Numbered from the stretch's first letter, positions 37,521 to 51,086 are shown. The stretch is 64,000 nt of DNA from Selaginella moellendorffii (GCF_000143415.4 NW_003314265.1:2242785-2306784), one strand, 5' to 3'. Numbers and translations are program-made. Notes: generated by a model not told the origin, from the sequence alone.

Positions 37521-40500
37521 ATGATGGAGGAGCACGAGTGTGCATGCGGCGAGTCCGTGGCGGCCGCCTCGCTCGACGAGGCCGGGGACGACGCCGCACC
37601 GGCTCTGGAATCGATCTCCGAGGGCAAAGTGATGGAGCAGCGATTGAGCTCGGCTACCGTGGTTTTCGAGGGTAAGGTGGAAACTAGGATGGACGGGGAC
37701 GTGGTTGTGGCCGCTAGCGACTCTGTTAAGTCGGAAGAAGGCAGTGATGGAAGGCAGCCGGACGAGGTGAAATTGGAGGAGCTCGAGGAGAGCGTCTTGC
37801 CGGTGCTCAAGGCGACGCAGCCTCTGAGGGAGTATAAGAAGCGCAAGAGGGATGTTAGCGGAGAGCTCGACTTCGAGGTTTTGATGGGGAGCGCGGACAA
37901 GATGCCGGCTCAGCAAGAGTGTGAGGCTTTTCCGGCCGTGTCCGTGGGCTTGAAGCCGGATCAGCTCAGCTCCACCGAGAGGGTTCGTTTCAAAGAGGTT
38001 GTGAAGCGCAAGACGAAGGTTGCCGAGTATCTGGAATGCAGGTAACTGTGCTGTTTTCTCGGCTGCTTTACTGCTGAAGGCTTATCGGTCTGCAAGCTTT
38101 GCTGCAGGAACTTTATATTGCAGCTGTGGACGAAAGATGTGAGGCGCCATTTGACTGTCGCGGACTGTGGCGTGAGTGAGGTAGCGCAGCTCAACGAACC
38201 GCCTCGAGCTGGACTTGTCCGAAACATTCATGAGTTTCTAGACTATCACGTAAGCGTCCGAAGCCTTTTCTAGTTTCTTAAAAAGTAGTAACGTTTTTGA
38301 GCTTTTCAGGGATACATTAACACTGGCATCGTGAAAAGAGTCAAGTTCGAAGAACAACAAGGTGAAGAATTCAGGGAAGGGACAGGGGATGAACCCTTGG
38401 GCTTCATCCACAAAGTACAGGAAAACGGACATATTCCTGCTTCAGATGCCACAACACCAATGGATATAGATGGCAGCGCAGATGTTTCAAGTGACAGGGA
38501 GAAGGGCCATGATAGGAAACGAATTATAGTTGTAGGTGGTGGTCCGGCTGGATTAGTTGCCGCGAGGCATATGCAGCGTATGAACTTCGACGTAATGATT
38601 CTTGAGGCTCGGGATAGAGTTGGCGGTCGAGTGTATACTGATCGCTCGACGTTTTCAGTGCCGGTAGATTTGGGAGCTAGCATTATTACAGGTGTAGAAG
38701 CTGATGCGGAAAGAAGAGCGGACCCTTCGGCTTTGATCTGCAGGCAGCTTGGTCTCGGACTAACGTCGGTTCGCGGGGATTGTCCGCTGTATGATAGTGT
38801 AACAGGTCGTAAGGTTCCGGCTGACATAGACGCAGCTCTGGAGGACAAGCTGAATACTCTACTGGATGATACTATTACCATAGTGGCTCAAAACAGCGAC
38901 GCGGCACTACGAATGTCACTTGAGGAGGGTCTTGAGCAAGCGCTTTCAAAGCGGAAGGGATTACATATACCGAAGAGCACAGTCCTCGACCAAAGTCAAG
39001 TTACAGTCGCAGATGTGACGCAGGCGAAGATAACTGAGCTTGCGAGCAGTGCTCCAGATCCTTCGACTGAGAACGGTGTACTGCATCAACAAGACGGTTT
39101 AAGCTGTTCGCTTGAGCTTGAAAGACGAATCATGGATTGGCATTTTGCGAACCTGGAATACGGCTGCGCTGCTCAGCTCGATAAAGTATCCCTCGCCTAC
39201 TGGAACCAGGACGATACTTATGGCGGTTTTGCTGGGCCACACTGCATGATAAAGGGCGGGTATGGCACTTTGGTGGAAGCTTTAGCTCAAGGTTTGGACG
39301 TGAAGCTCGGGAGAGTAGTTACAGAAGTTTCATACACTGCAAAGGACGTCCATATCAAAACCGGGAAAAAGAAGCAAGTGAGAGTGAAGACAGAGGATGG
39401 CGAAGTCCACATGTGCGACGCTGTTCTGGTAACAGTTCCGCTTGGGTGCTTGAAAGCCCAGTCCATCAAGTTCGTCCCGCAACTACCGTCCTGGAAGTCC
39501 GGTTCCATTAGTCGGCTTGGCTTTGGTACGCTGAACAAGGTCGTCCTCGAATTCGAGACCGTGTTCTGGGATGAGAACGTGGATATATTTGGTGCTACTG
39601 GGGAAGACACAGAGTCCCGCGGCAGATGTTTTATGTTCTGGAATCTGGTCAAGACAGTCGGTGCTCCGGTTCTGATAGCGCTCGTAGTCGGGAAAGCTGC
39701 AGTGGACGACGCAAAGTCTGGCTCGTCTTTCCTCGTGTCTCATGCTGTTGAGATCCTTCGGAAGCTTTACGGTCGTACGAAAGTTCCGGAGCCCAAGACT
39801 TTTAAAGTGACAGACTGGGGATCAGATCAGTACAGCAGAGGTGCGTATTCTTACGTAGCCGTTGGTGCATCTGGCGAAGACTACGATATACTGGGACGAC
39901 CTGTGGAAGATTGCGTGTTTTTCGCGGGTGAGGCAACTTGCAAGGAGCACCCTGATACCGTGGGAGGAGCCATTTTGAGTGGTCTGAAAGAGGCTGTGCG
40001 GATACTTGATATTTTGGAAAACAGAGGGGACCTGATTGAAGAGGCTGAGGAAATGACTGCCGCACAGAGGCAACCTGACAGCGAGAGAAACGAAGTTAGA
40101 GACATGCAAATCAGGATTCAGGCTGCCGAGTATGCAAACAATAAGTACAGGGAAGGAAACTCTTTGGATGGCGAGGATGAGCCTTTCACGAGAGCGGACC
40201 TCTTAAAAGACATGTTCCGAAACGCTAAGACTACAGCCGGAAAATTGTTTCTGGCAAAAGAGATGACCGGACTGTCAGCGTCCTCCGTGAAGGGTTTTGT
40301 GGGAACTAAAACTGGACTCTCAATATTGAACTCATGGATACTGGTACGCCATTGTAATTTTCCTTATGCTTTAAACTCATGGTTTGGTGCAGGATTCTAT
40401 GGGAAAGGATGGAACACAACTCTTACGACTCTGTCTTCGTCTTCTTCTTACCGTAGCTACGGATATGCTTGCTGTTCGTCTTTCTGGTACGCTTTTCTTT

Positions 40501-41771
40501 GTCCATATTTATTCTAATAGTCGACGTACAGGTATTGGAAGAACAATTAAAGAAAAAGTATGCCAACACACATCGAGAGATATCCGCGCATTGGCGGGCC
40601 AACTGGTGGCGATGTGGTGCGAGTTTTACCGTCGGGAAAAGGCCATGCTGAAGCAGTTTAGGAAAAACGTCGTGAAAAAGGAGGACGATACTGCTGTTTC
40701 TTCCGCTCCCGCATGCTCATCGTCGCAAAGGGACCACAGCCACGGAAATGCTGAACAGGCGACCAGTAGACACGAGCAGAAAAATGGTGCTTCGAGTTCA
40801 GAAGGTCCAATAGAATTTGAATCCGGAGAAAACGAGCCTCTTATTTCGGACTTGGAGGCTGCTGCTCGTGCCAGGGCAGAAGCGTGTCAAGCTGCCGCTC
40901 TTGCTGCTGCTGAGGTTTTACGTTATCTCTCAAACCTTTTGGATACTTACCTTTTTTTCTGTAGGCGTATGCAAATGCCGAAGCCGAGCGAACAGCTCTT
41001 CCTGAACCCCCGAAGATCTTGTCTTTTCACAAATTTGCAAAGCGGGAAAAGGTCGTGACGAAAGATGTTCCAGTGGACCTGAAGAGAAGGAAATTCCCCG
41101 AGGTTCTGAATCGGAGGCCGAGCGATGGCTCTCGGAGACTTTCGGGCTTGCCTTTAGATCTCAGTGGCAGCTGTAGTAATGCAAGTAGTCCGAACGTTGT
41201 TCTGCAAGGCGAAGGTAATTCACAGGTCATGGGTGAGTATCTCGGACCGCAGCATCAGGAACAAGCTATAGATGCAGAGATGGTTGGGAAAGGGACAGCA
41301 AACTTCGAAACTTTTAGTGTGGGCGATAGGCTGAGGGATGACAGGAAACGACGGGGATTTCCATCCGAATCCTATGAAGTTAAGGACCGTTGCACTCCGG
41401 ATCAGATCAAGAAAGCTTTATCAGAGTACGTTGTCCATTTATTGACACCTTTGTACAAGACCAGAAAGATCCAGAAGGACGCGTTCAAAGCCATCGCAAA
41501 AAAGACAACCATGAAGGTAAAAAAACTCTACTTGCACTTGTTGATTCAGTGATTATTGGTATAGGTGATGGAACGAGATGGGATACGCGATACTGACGTA
41601 AACATTTCAGACTATCTTAACGGCAAGAGGAAGAATAAGGTTTGTGTTTTGTTCTTCCTGTTTGTAGCCTATAATGATGATGAACTGTTGCAGATAAGAG
41701 AACTCGTCGACAAATTTGTGGAAAAGCACCTCGCGGAGACGAAGCAATCGGCAGGTTCCCCCGGCAACTAA
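37521..41771 (+). CDS. LDL3: LSD1-like histone demethylase 3 (SWIRM + FAD amine oxidase + C-terminal TFIIS-N-like and SRI-like regions)
   Basis: FPAVSVGL/YLECRNFIL (SWIRM), IIVVGGGPAGL...LEARDRVGGR, DWHFANLEYGCA, FFAGEATCKEHPDTVGGA and the LDL3-type tail KVCQHTSRDIRALAGQLV...LLTPLYKTRKI. Confidence 0.9.
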
Positions 41772-42064
41772 CGGAGACAATCTCCTCGCAAGGTCGGCTG
41801 GACGTAAGATTTTCTGGCATTCTTTGAGGGGGAGGGCGATTAGTCTGTTTATATTGAGTGGCAGAGTTTCTTTTGTAGACTGACTATGAAGCCTGCCTAT
41901 AGGATATGCTCTCAGCTTTTGGCTTGGAAGAGCTTGGAGAGGAACACTTCAAGAATAGATTTGGTGCTCTCCTCGTATGTTCTAGTCGAGTGGTAATGTT
42001 TACTAGTTTATGATTTAAAAGTTCCTATTTACTCTTCGTGCAGGGATGCAAGCAAGGCCAAAGC

Positions 42065-43716
42065 TTAGCGTGATGCTTTCTTCCTGGAGAGGTATGTTCC
42101 CAGTATACTCTTGCTCTGTTCAAGCTCCGACTCTGGCGACTCTTCTTCGTCCAGTGTTGTTCTTCGGTGGTGTTTGCTGTTAGTGCTCCGGTCACTGAGA
42201 AGCTTGGATGCTTTTCTCCACCTCTTCAGCTCGCTCTCTATGATCAGCTTCTCAGCTTCCGTGGTCTCCGCTTTCCTAGATGCTTTGTTTGCTGCCATCT
42301 TGGCTTCGTCCAGCTCCTCCCTCAGTGCGTCGAGCCTGATCATCATGTGTTGTTCTCGAATCCTGGCGGCGCTGGCCTCGCTAAGCGCTGCTGTTATTTT
42401 TCGGTTTGCTGATGATTCTTTCACGTCCAGCGACTTCTTAAAATCAATGAAGAGCTGCTCTATAGAACTGAGCTTATCTGCGTTGTTCTCCATACTGGAT
42501 TTGAGTTGCTCGGCTTCTACTCTGGCTTTTTCTTTCTCCGCTATCAGAGCGGCCTTCAATTCATCTGCTTGAGTGTTTGCATGCATCAAAGCGTCCTTCA
42601 ACTTTGAGTGTTCTTCCTGGAGCAGCTTCTCTGTGTCTTTGAGGGCGCTGAGCTCGCTCGCTAACTCTGCTGTTTCTTTTGCATGTTCATCGATCAGGCC
42701 GGATTGCTGGAGCCTGACCTCGTTCAGCTCCGTTGTTGTGGGCTTCACAACCTCTTGAGCTTCTGCCAGTTCGCCTCTCGAGGTAAGACTTTTCAGCTTA
42801 AGCCTTGCTACCTCTCCAGATAGAGATTTATAGTCAGTGTTGGCCAGCTCTAACGTCCTCTTTGTAGATCTGATCATTTCCATCTCATCTCCCGTGTCCA
42901 TTAACATGTGCAGTTCCCTCCTCGACTCTTCTAGCTCTCGCGCCAGGCTATCCAACAAATCATTCGCGCCGGCAAGCTCTTGCATCGTATCAAACGCCAG
43001 CTGCTGCAGTTTAGCCAGCCCTTCAGCGATGTTCTCGCTTCCGGTCAGGTCTGTGACAAGCTTCTCAACTGTTGCAACCTCCGCCTGGAGTTCTTCGGTT
43101 TGCTTTCGATGCTCAGTCTTCATCATTTCTGCTTCCTCCTCCAAAGCTGAGCATGCTGTCTGCGCTGCTTGGGTCACCATTTCGCTGTGCTTCTGAGCCT
43201 CGACTCTAGCGCTATCACAAACCTGTACTGCGATCATGGCTGCATCGAGCTTATTTGCCATTTCATTCGCCATCTCACTCGCCATCTTCTTAATCTCGTT
43301 ACCTTCCTTGACTGCTTGTAACCATTTTTCTTCTGACAAAGCTAACTCGGTTTTAAGTTTCGCAATCTCGTTCTTGGCAGTTTTCAGCTCCTGCTCCACA
43401 GCAGCCAGTTTCTAACAAGGTTGAACGAGTCAGAAGTAAAAAGAACAACAAGGTAACTCACCTCCACCACGTTTGGTTTCGGTGCTTTTGCCACCACTTT
43501 CTCGCCATAGTTGCTAACAGCCTCTCGCACAGACGGGAATTGTAGCGCCGAGCGCGTGGATCTCGCGTCCAAGTCCATGTCCGCTCTAGTTCGGCACGCA
43601 CAGCCCATGCAGTAGCTCCGGAACATCGAGTCGGGAGCTCCAACTCTCGCAACTTTAAAAGTGTCGTGTTCTACTGCCGCTCCTCGGTTTTCTGGTCGCG
43701 AGCCAACACGGTACAT
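42065..43716 (-). CDS. WEB family (WEB1/PMI2-related, DUF827) coiled-coil protein, 2 exons; start may be at 43578
   Basis: FPSVREAVSNYGEKV resembles the WEB N-terminal motif; long coiled coil ending AEKLIIESELKRWR. Confidence 0.75.
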
Positions 43717-44155
43717 TGCAATTCTCGTCGATAGCTTTAGCTTGGCTCTTTCTCTTTTGTCTGGGGCTATTCACTCGCTAGTGAATGCTGGATTGCAGGT
43801 GCCATTAGCGATGCGTATATCCATCATCCATATCCACGGGAGATTTTCGTTCGGCCGGTATGTCTCTCTCAACATTTTTTTTTTTTTGCTGTTTTTCGGC
43901 CTCTTTTTTATTTTTGGAGTACGATGATGTGTTGCCTGTTGCTATGGTTGTGACACGTGGGTCAGTGTTTGCTCGACAGACGCGATCGTGCCAGCTGGAA
44001 GCGTGTCCAGTGCCATCGTCTGCCGCGTGTTAGCCGCCGTGTCGCCTTTTATATAACTCGTGGGAAGCACAGGCAAGTGTTGTGCTGTTCTTGTTTCCTA
44101 GCTCATCTCTATCTTTCGCAGCTCTGATTCTGAGTGGGAGTCGCAGGCGATCGAA

Positions 44156-44417
44156 ATGGCTGGCGCCACTTTCATTGATGTTTTGCTGGCCATCATCCTC
44201 CCTCCGCTGGGGGTTTTCCTAAGATTCGGCTGCGCGGTGAGTTGTTGCTCTTTCTCTTGCTCTTCCGCAGTCGTTTCCGCTTGAATGCGTTCCAAAGCTG
44301 GAGCTAATTCGGTGGTTTGTGGTTTTCTCTCAGGTTGAGTTCTGGATATGTCTGCTGCTCACAATTCTCGGCTACATCCCGGGGATCATCTACGCAATCT
44401 ACGTGCTGGTTGGATAA
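44156..44417 (+). CDS. RCI2: RCI2/PMP3/LTI6 small hydrophobic stress protein (54 aa). Exons 44156-44236, 44334-44417
   Basis: MAGATFIDVLLAIILPPLGVFLRFGCA|VEFWICLLLTILGYIPGIIYAIYVLVG*. Confidence 0.95.
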
Positions 44418-44661
44418 GTGACTTCGGTGTGGTGCTCCCTCGTCGCTGTAGATACTTAGCCTGGATTGGAAGCGAACGAAACGGAAAAAATAGGGGGGAG
44501 AAAAAAAAAATTTGGAAGGTAGCTTCGCCTAATAAGCACTTGTTAAATTGGATGCTACCATAATGGTGGAATTTTTTCTCGCGTAGAGTAAAAAATGTTG
44601 TTGTGATTTTACTTGAGGAATCTATCCATTTGGTACACCTGCGTTTTCAACCAGCCAGCCC

Positions 44662-44671
44662 GCCACGTGGC
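44662..44671. promoter_or_regulatory. Perfect palindromic G-box/ABRE upstream of the second RCI2 gene
   Basis: GCCACGTGGC ~180 bp before the ATG; GACACGTGG also lies ~200 bp before the first RCI2. Confidence 0.5.
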
Positions 44672-44850
44672 ATTGCTAGCTAGCTGTTTTTAGTGTGTGT
44701 GTTTGCATTGTGGAGCTTAGGGTTTCTATCTGGGCGAGGCGATCTCGGCGCTACAAGAGGTACATTCTAATTGTGAGCTCGGCGATCGATTTGGATCGTT
44801 CTCGTTGTGTAGCAGAAGAGATTTCTCGAGGCGGCGGCGGCGGCGGCGGC

Positions 44851-45482
44851 ATGGACGATAGCACCACGGCGACATGCCTGGAAATCCTCCTGGCGATTCT
44901 TCTCCCGCCAGTGGGGGTTTTCTTCAAGTATGGATGTGAGGTAGGCTCGCCAAAAACTTTCCCACTCTTTTCTGAGCCCTTTTTTCTTTCTGCGTTTGCT
45001 TTTCTCTGTAGCCACTTAGAGGAAAGTAAAGTAGATTAGAGGGACGTGCTCTACTTTGTTGACTCTCATCGTCATGATCCCGCCTCACTTTTTCTTCCCG
45101 TTTCCGACCAGGTCGAGTTTTGGATCTGCCTGCTCTTCACGGTTCTCGGTTACTTGCCGGGGATCGCCTTCGCAGTCTATGTCATACTTTGCAGGCGTCG
45201 TAGCTTCGGGCGTGAGCCTCTCGTCCGCTGAGAGTCACTCCACTCTTTTTCTTCCACCGCCACTCTTGTTTCAAGAGCTGTGAAATAAACGCTGTAGACT
45301 TTTAGATTGTTTTCGTTTCTGGCCTGATGTTGATGGTGGTTTTGTTTCTTCTGTTTGTTTCGTCTCTGGCCCGCCTGGATTCTCTTCCGTGGCAGATCGA
45401 GTTTTGGATCTGCCTGCTGCTCACGGTCTTCGGCTACATCCCTGGGATCATCTACGCCGTCTATGTCATTGTGGGGCGCTAG
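44851..45482 (+). CDS. RCI2: Second RCI2/PMP3 gene: exon 1 44851-44940 joined to either terminal exon A (45112-45231) or terminal exon B (45396-45482)
   Basis: MDDSTTATCLEILLAILLPPVGVFFKYGCE followed by VEFWICLLFTVLGYLPGIAFAVYVILCRRRSFGREPLVR* or IEFWICLLLTVFGYIPGIIYAVYVIVGR*; both have phase-0 CAG acceptors. Confidence 0.9.
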
Positions 45483-45793
45483 ACGTCTATAAAGCCTTCC
45501 AAGTAAAAGAAAGCGCTGTGGCCGTGCTTGGTTTGTGTGATTCAATTCTTTGATCAGAGGACGCTGCAACATCATCGTTATGTACTAGTCTCTCTCGAGT
45601 TCCTGCTAAACAAACAGTGCCTAACGTACGTCCGTAGCTATCTTCTAGTTCCAAGTCTATGAAGTTTCTATAAGCTTACTTCTCGCAATAGTTTTGTTGC
45701 CATCTCCGAGTAAATAAACACAGTCGTGCTCATACTTTCCTGGCGAATAACACCATTGATATTATACTATTCATTTGCTTACCTACTCGTAAC

Positions 45794-48700
45794 TTATGGT
45801 CGCGCGGCCTCTTGCTCGGCTTCCTGAGAATGAGAGAAGATGACTTAGAACCTTTGCATTCGTACCAAATCGCTTCTTACTTCTTCGTCGTCTTCATCCA
45901 CTTTGTTTGTCTTCCAGCAGAGTAGACTGGCACCTTGCTTTTGCCGAGCACTTGGTTTCCTGGAAGGACAAGAAAAACTAACTGTTAACACTGAGTAGTA
46001 GCAAAAGATAATCACTACTTAACTGGTTCTTGGACTCGACGTGCTGCCCCGCTTCCGAGCAAAGATCCGTGCTAAAGTTTCGCACCGTCTTGAGCTTGAA
46101 CCGTCTGCCTTGAATCTGGAGCATTTGTCTGCCTTGTTGACGCAGTCCCCAACCTTTGGTGCCATCGTTCTCCGAGTGGTTCTCGGAGCTGCCAGACTTT
46201 CTGTGCGAAAAGTCTTCAAAGTCCCACGAGCCTTTCGGGAACTCGTCGCCCTCGCGCTTGACGTTCCCGATGAAGACGGGAAATGACCGAGAGTTGAGAT
46301 ACTCGGCTTGCGGTACGGATGACTTTGCAGGCGAGGCCGGAACTTTAAACTCCGCCGAAACGGGCAAGAGTTTCTGCTCGTGGCTTTTGGACTTGGTATC
46401 TTCGTCTCCAGAGAGGTGGAGGCGAATCTCTACCGGAAAGCCGAGAACTAGTTGAAACGCGTGAGAGATGCTGGTTTTTGACCTCTCGGCGCTTGTTCTG
46501 TGGTCAGCCTGTAGAAATTCCAAATGTGCTACTGCACGACCTGAGTAAACCATTTGTGAAGAGGAGAAAGCATTTCAACAGTCATTTACCTCCTTCAATT
46601 GATATTGACGACAGTCTACTGTGGTTCCAAAGAAGCTGCTTGAGAATGCTAGACTGGCTGACTTCCAGAACCCGTATCCAAGTGTCCAGTAGCTTTTGCT
46701 GACGCTCGAGCGCAACCCTGTCACCTGTGCATGGAAGAACACGTAGGAAACAAAGAAATTCTACCACTCAAAGTTCCAACCTTCTCCAAGTGCCGATGGT
46801 TGTTGTGCTGTGGTGTCCTGACCATTTAAGTTGTTCTCAGCGTCAATCTGAAGGGAATTCAGGTGTCCAGAGAGAACAGCTTGGTGCTTTAAGTTGTTCT
46901 CTGCGTCAATCTGAAGGGAATTCAGGTGTCCAGAGAGAACAGCTTGGTGCTTTAAGTTGTTCTCTGCGTCAATCTGAAGGGAATTCAGGTGTCCAGAGAG
47001 AACAGCTTGGTGCTGATGTTCTACGTCATCCCAGGACTCTTTTGTTAGCGGAGGTTCCCACTCTATTGTCTCCTTCTCGCTCGTGTCATTAGCTGCTAAT
47101 ATGCTGGGTGTATTGCTTGTTCTACCAGAGGACCCAGGAAATCCAGAGTGAGGATCAGGAGCAAACTGTAGTAAAGCGGCCGTCAGCCATGTTGTCTGAT
47201 CTTGAGAAGATCGTATTTGCTTCTCAGATTCCGACAGCGTTTTGAGAGCATGTCGCAGCTTCTCCAGCTGATCTTTAGACACTGACGACATAAAGTTCAA
47301 ATTTGTTTAGAAACTCTTTGAAAAAACTCAAGATAATACTCACATGCGTGCTTATGAAAAAATCCCTTGTCGCTTGCTGGCATGTATCCACCTGCTAGGA
47401 TGTCCGTTATCAGGGTGGCGATCTGGGACATGAGAGCTAGTGGCTCAACACCTGCGTCCATGAACTCTCTAATGCACTTGACAGTGTTCAGTGTGTCCCC
47501 AGTGAGAGCCATGTCCAGCAAATCCGCCAGCTTTGCATTGGACACCAGCCCAACCTGAAAAAAAATTCGTACAATGTTAGTCATGATCTAGAAAAAAATC
47601 TCTAAGAATAAACTAGAAACCACAGCACACTAACCCCTGAAACGTACAAGCTCTTGCACCACTTCTAGAGTGATCTTCTGTCCCACGAGACTAAGTTGAT
47701 CCAGTGTTGTTTCAGCATCCCTGAGCGAACCACCAGACCTTGCCGCGATGAGGTCGAGCGCATCTTTCTCCACCTCCAAGTTTTCCTTTGCAGCGAGAGC
47801 CTGCAACCTGCTCACCACGTCCGAGTCCTTGATCTTGGGAAAATGGAACTTTTGACACCTTGTTGACGCCGGATGTGGCAACTGCTCGGTGTCAGTCGTG
47901 GTGAGAATGAAAACCGCGTGCTCTGGGGGTTCTTCGAGGCATTTCAGAAACACGTTCCACCCCTCTGCTGTGAGTGTGTGGCACTCGTCAATGATGAAAA
48001 CTTTGTAACGACCTGATGACGGCCCAACCACAGCGTCCATTAGCAGCTTCTTCATTAGACTTGTTGAGTCGTGACTTGCAACGTCCACTTCTTTCACGTC
48101 TCCGCTTTTCCCCAGGCAGAGAAGCAAGCACTCTCTGCAGACTCCACAGGGCCGAGTATCTTCCACAGAGACGCAGTTCAATGCCGCCGCCAAGATTTTA
48201 GCAGCCGAAGTCTTTCCAGTTCCACGAGGCCCATGGAACAAATATACCGGTGCTATCCTCCCCCTGGTCACGGCATTGCCAAGAGCTTGCACCAACATGT
48301 TCTGTCCAACTATATCCCTGAAGGTCTTGGGACGGTACTTCTGGCTCAAGCTCCTGTGCCTTTTCCCATTCGAGAGCCTGTCCAAATCCTTCTCCAAACT
48401 ACCAGCTAAAAGTGACAGGTTCGAGATAGCAGCAGCACTGTCTGTGTTTGCAGAAACAGGTATGCTCCCAGGAGCCGGGATCATCTCTTGACCCGTGATC
48501 TTCCTCCTTGGAATGTCCGGATAGCAGGAGAGACTTTTCCCAGCTACTTCGAGGAGGTTCTTTCCTTTGTGCCTTGGCCAGTAAGACCATGGGAGGCCGC
48601 ACCCGTGACTGCTTTCAGTCCCGTCGTAAGCATCGGCTTCATGGCCCTTTCGTGGCAGGAACTTCTTGTATGGATGGGAACCCATAGAAAAGCCAAAGTT

Positions 48701-49516
48701 TGCACATCCCAGGTCTCCCGTCGCTAGCTTTCTGTGGCGTCTCACCCTCCGCTCTTTCTGCATGGCGAGTAACGGAGAGTGCAAGTGAGAAACTAAGCCG
48801 TCTGTTTCGTCGTCGGAAGAACTGTCGGACTCCTCGTAATCGTAGCCTGGATCCGCTTCGTGCCTTGTCACGGCCAATGCTTTCTCCAGTTCATACCCTT
48901 CCTCCTCTTGCTCCCTCCACGCAATTCTTCCGCCTCTTCTGCTGCCACCTTCCTTCTGGTGCCTGTTCCTTCTCAAGTTTTGCGGAGGCCTCTGGTGCTC
49001 CAGGGATCCAATTTTCCGCAGCTTTGTGTTGGCGCTGGAGCTACTATCCGGAGCATCCATCTTTTGATTCAGTATCTCGCTGATGCTCCGAAGAAGCGCC
49101 TGCTTTCGCTCACCTTCCCGAAGACCACCATCTATCCAGTTGACGACTTTGTCCTGCCATTCCGTTCTAAGTTGATCCTGCTCAATCTCCTCTCCGTAGC
49201 CGTCTTGATCCACAGTTTCCCCTTGAAAACTTGCTGGCGCTTTCGCAACTTTGGCTTCTCGTCCACGAAGACGAGCAGGGAGCTCCTTGTCTAGCCTATT
49301 GTTGGTGCTGTTGTGTTGAGGAGGCAAGCCCGACTTCCAAACGGAGCTCGTAGATGGATCCCTCAGCGATGGCGCCCGACTTAGAGCGGACAACTCTCTG
49401 AGTAGAGGATCCGGAGCTCCCACTCTCTGCTGGGGCTGCCTTTGAAACTGTGACTTGGCCTTCGAGGAGTTGTGTACACCGCCTTGCTGATACGATTGAT
49501 GGTACTCGCTTCCCAT
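45794..49516 (-). CDS. STICHEL-like protein (DnaX/pol III gamma-tau AAA+ domain), multi-exon; 5' end uncertain
   Basis: GCGLPWSYW, RSLSQKYRPKTFRDIVGQN, YLFHGPRGTGKTS, PCGVCREC, VFIIDECH, GSLRDAETTLDQL and C-terminal SLLCWK. Confidence 0.9.
46825..47013. repeat. 3 x 63-bp in-frame tandem repeat in a STICHEL-like exon
   Basis: Units start at 46825, 46888 and 46951 and encode (HQAVLSGHLNSLQIDAENNLK) three times. Confidence 0.95.
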
Positions 49517-50887
49517 GCTCCTGAAAACCAAACGGTGAGGAAGAGAAAAGAAGTGACATGATTTGGAAAGCATTCCGATGTGCAAGGCAAAAGCAAAGAC
49601 GAAGAAGGGAGAAAGAGGAGAGCAGGAAAATCGAGAGTGTCCCCGGTACTTGCCTCTGGCTCCGATATCCCAACGAAGATTCACTTCCCCTGGCGCAGAG
49701 CCCTGCCAGGATCCCAGAACTACCGTGCGCGCAGCGCCGATCTACCCCGCCTTCGAGAAGCACGGCATCGATCACTCACATTTCACGAGCGCGATAGCGA
49801 AATCCACAGCTCCGCGGAAATGTGGATTTGCAACGCCGACGGTCCCTGAAAACCTCTGGAAATCCATGGCCTCGCACACCGATTCGAAGAGATCACAAGC
49901 CAATACCTCGTAATATCGCTCGATCAAGGGCAGCGCCATCGGGATGGAGCTGGCGCCTGTGTGCCGGCATTCAAGCCGCTAGCTGAGGTGAGAGGGAGCC
50001 AAGAACACCGTACAAACGTGTCCTCTTTTAGGGCGCTTAAGGCCGTATCGTAGAGGTCCCATGGTATTGTACGTGAATGGCAACTTGATTGATTTATGCC
50101 TTATCCGTATACGTACTGACCCAGCGGGTGACGATACCCCCCTTTTGTTTTCTGTTCCTCCATAGCCATGGACGAAAAACAATTTCCCGCCAAATCTGAC
50201 GGTGCGGATGCGCTGCAGCGCCCACTTGGTCGGTGGATATTCCTCCACATGCATGTGGCGCTGTTGTGTAACGCTCATTTTTCCATCACAGCGCAGCGCT
50301 TTGGATTGTATTGGGGATATTTGCGTTTAAATTTTGCTATACTTTTGGGACGCCACGCCCCAGATCGTGTGACGATGTTTATAAAAACCATTTGGAGAAA
50401 GAATCGCGCGCCCGCCACGCTTATCATAAGAGCCCCCCACATTGGGATTATATTACCATTAACTCGGCCAATGGGTGGAGCGATTGCATTGAACACACGA
50501 GATTGGGAGAGAGTTTGATTTCATCCTGGCCAAAGTTTTGTTCTTTAGCTTGTTTTCTATGGCTGGAGGGGTTGGATCGATCGAATCCATGGATTGAGTG
50601 AGTGGTGGGGAGTTTGACCGAGTTACCGACAAGGGCTGCGAGCAAAGAGCCAGCAAATCATGGGTCGCCTGTCTATAAGGTGACAAAACGAACATGCAAA
50701 CACAGTCTGGGCTTTTCCGAGTTGGGAGAAGGCCCTTTCTTCTCCTTGAATGGGATATTATGGCATTGCTAGGGATTCAGGGATCTTATACACTGACACT
50801 TCACTTTAAAAGTTGTTACTTTATCATAATCATAAGATATTAGTTAAAAATAAAATACTGAATTTTGATAAATAAGATTCATTTTTC

Positions 50888-50961
50888 CGCTAGAAGGAGG
50901 GCTCGAACCTCCGACCTTGTGGTTAACAGCCACACGCTCTGACCAACTGAGCTACTCCAGC
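50888..50961 (-). tRNA. tRNA-Asn (GTT)
   Basis: GCTGGAGTAGCTCAGTTGGTCAGAGCGTGTGGCT-GTT-AACCACAAGGTCGGAGGTTCGAGCCCTCCTTCTAGCG; cloverleaf, A and B boxes, 74 nt. Confidence 0.97.
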
Positions 50962-51086
50962 AAGTTGATTGTACTCACTTGAAATGGGAATTTAATAATG
51001 TTTGTTTGATTAATTCGTTAGCTTTTTAAGCCTGGAATATTCTATAAGGTTTTAACACGGTGGAAGCACACGGTGGAAGAACACGG

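Noticed and set aside
47630-48360. Bacterial dnaX-like domain as horizontal transfer or contamination
   Set aside because: Intron-containing, with the plant STICHEL-specific flanking motifs; an established plant family
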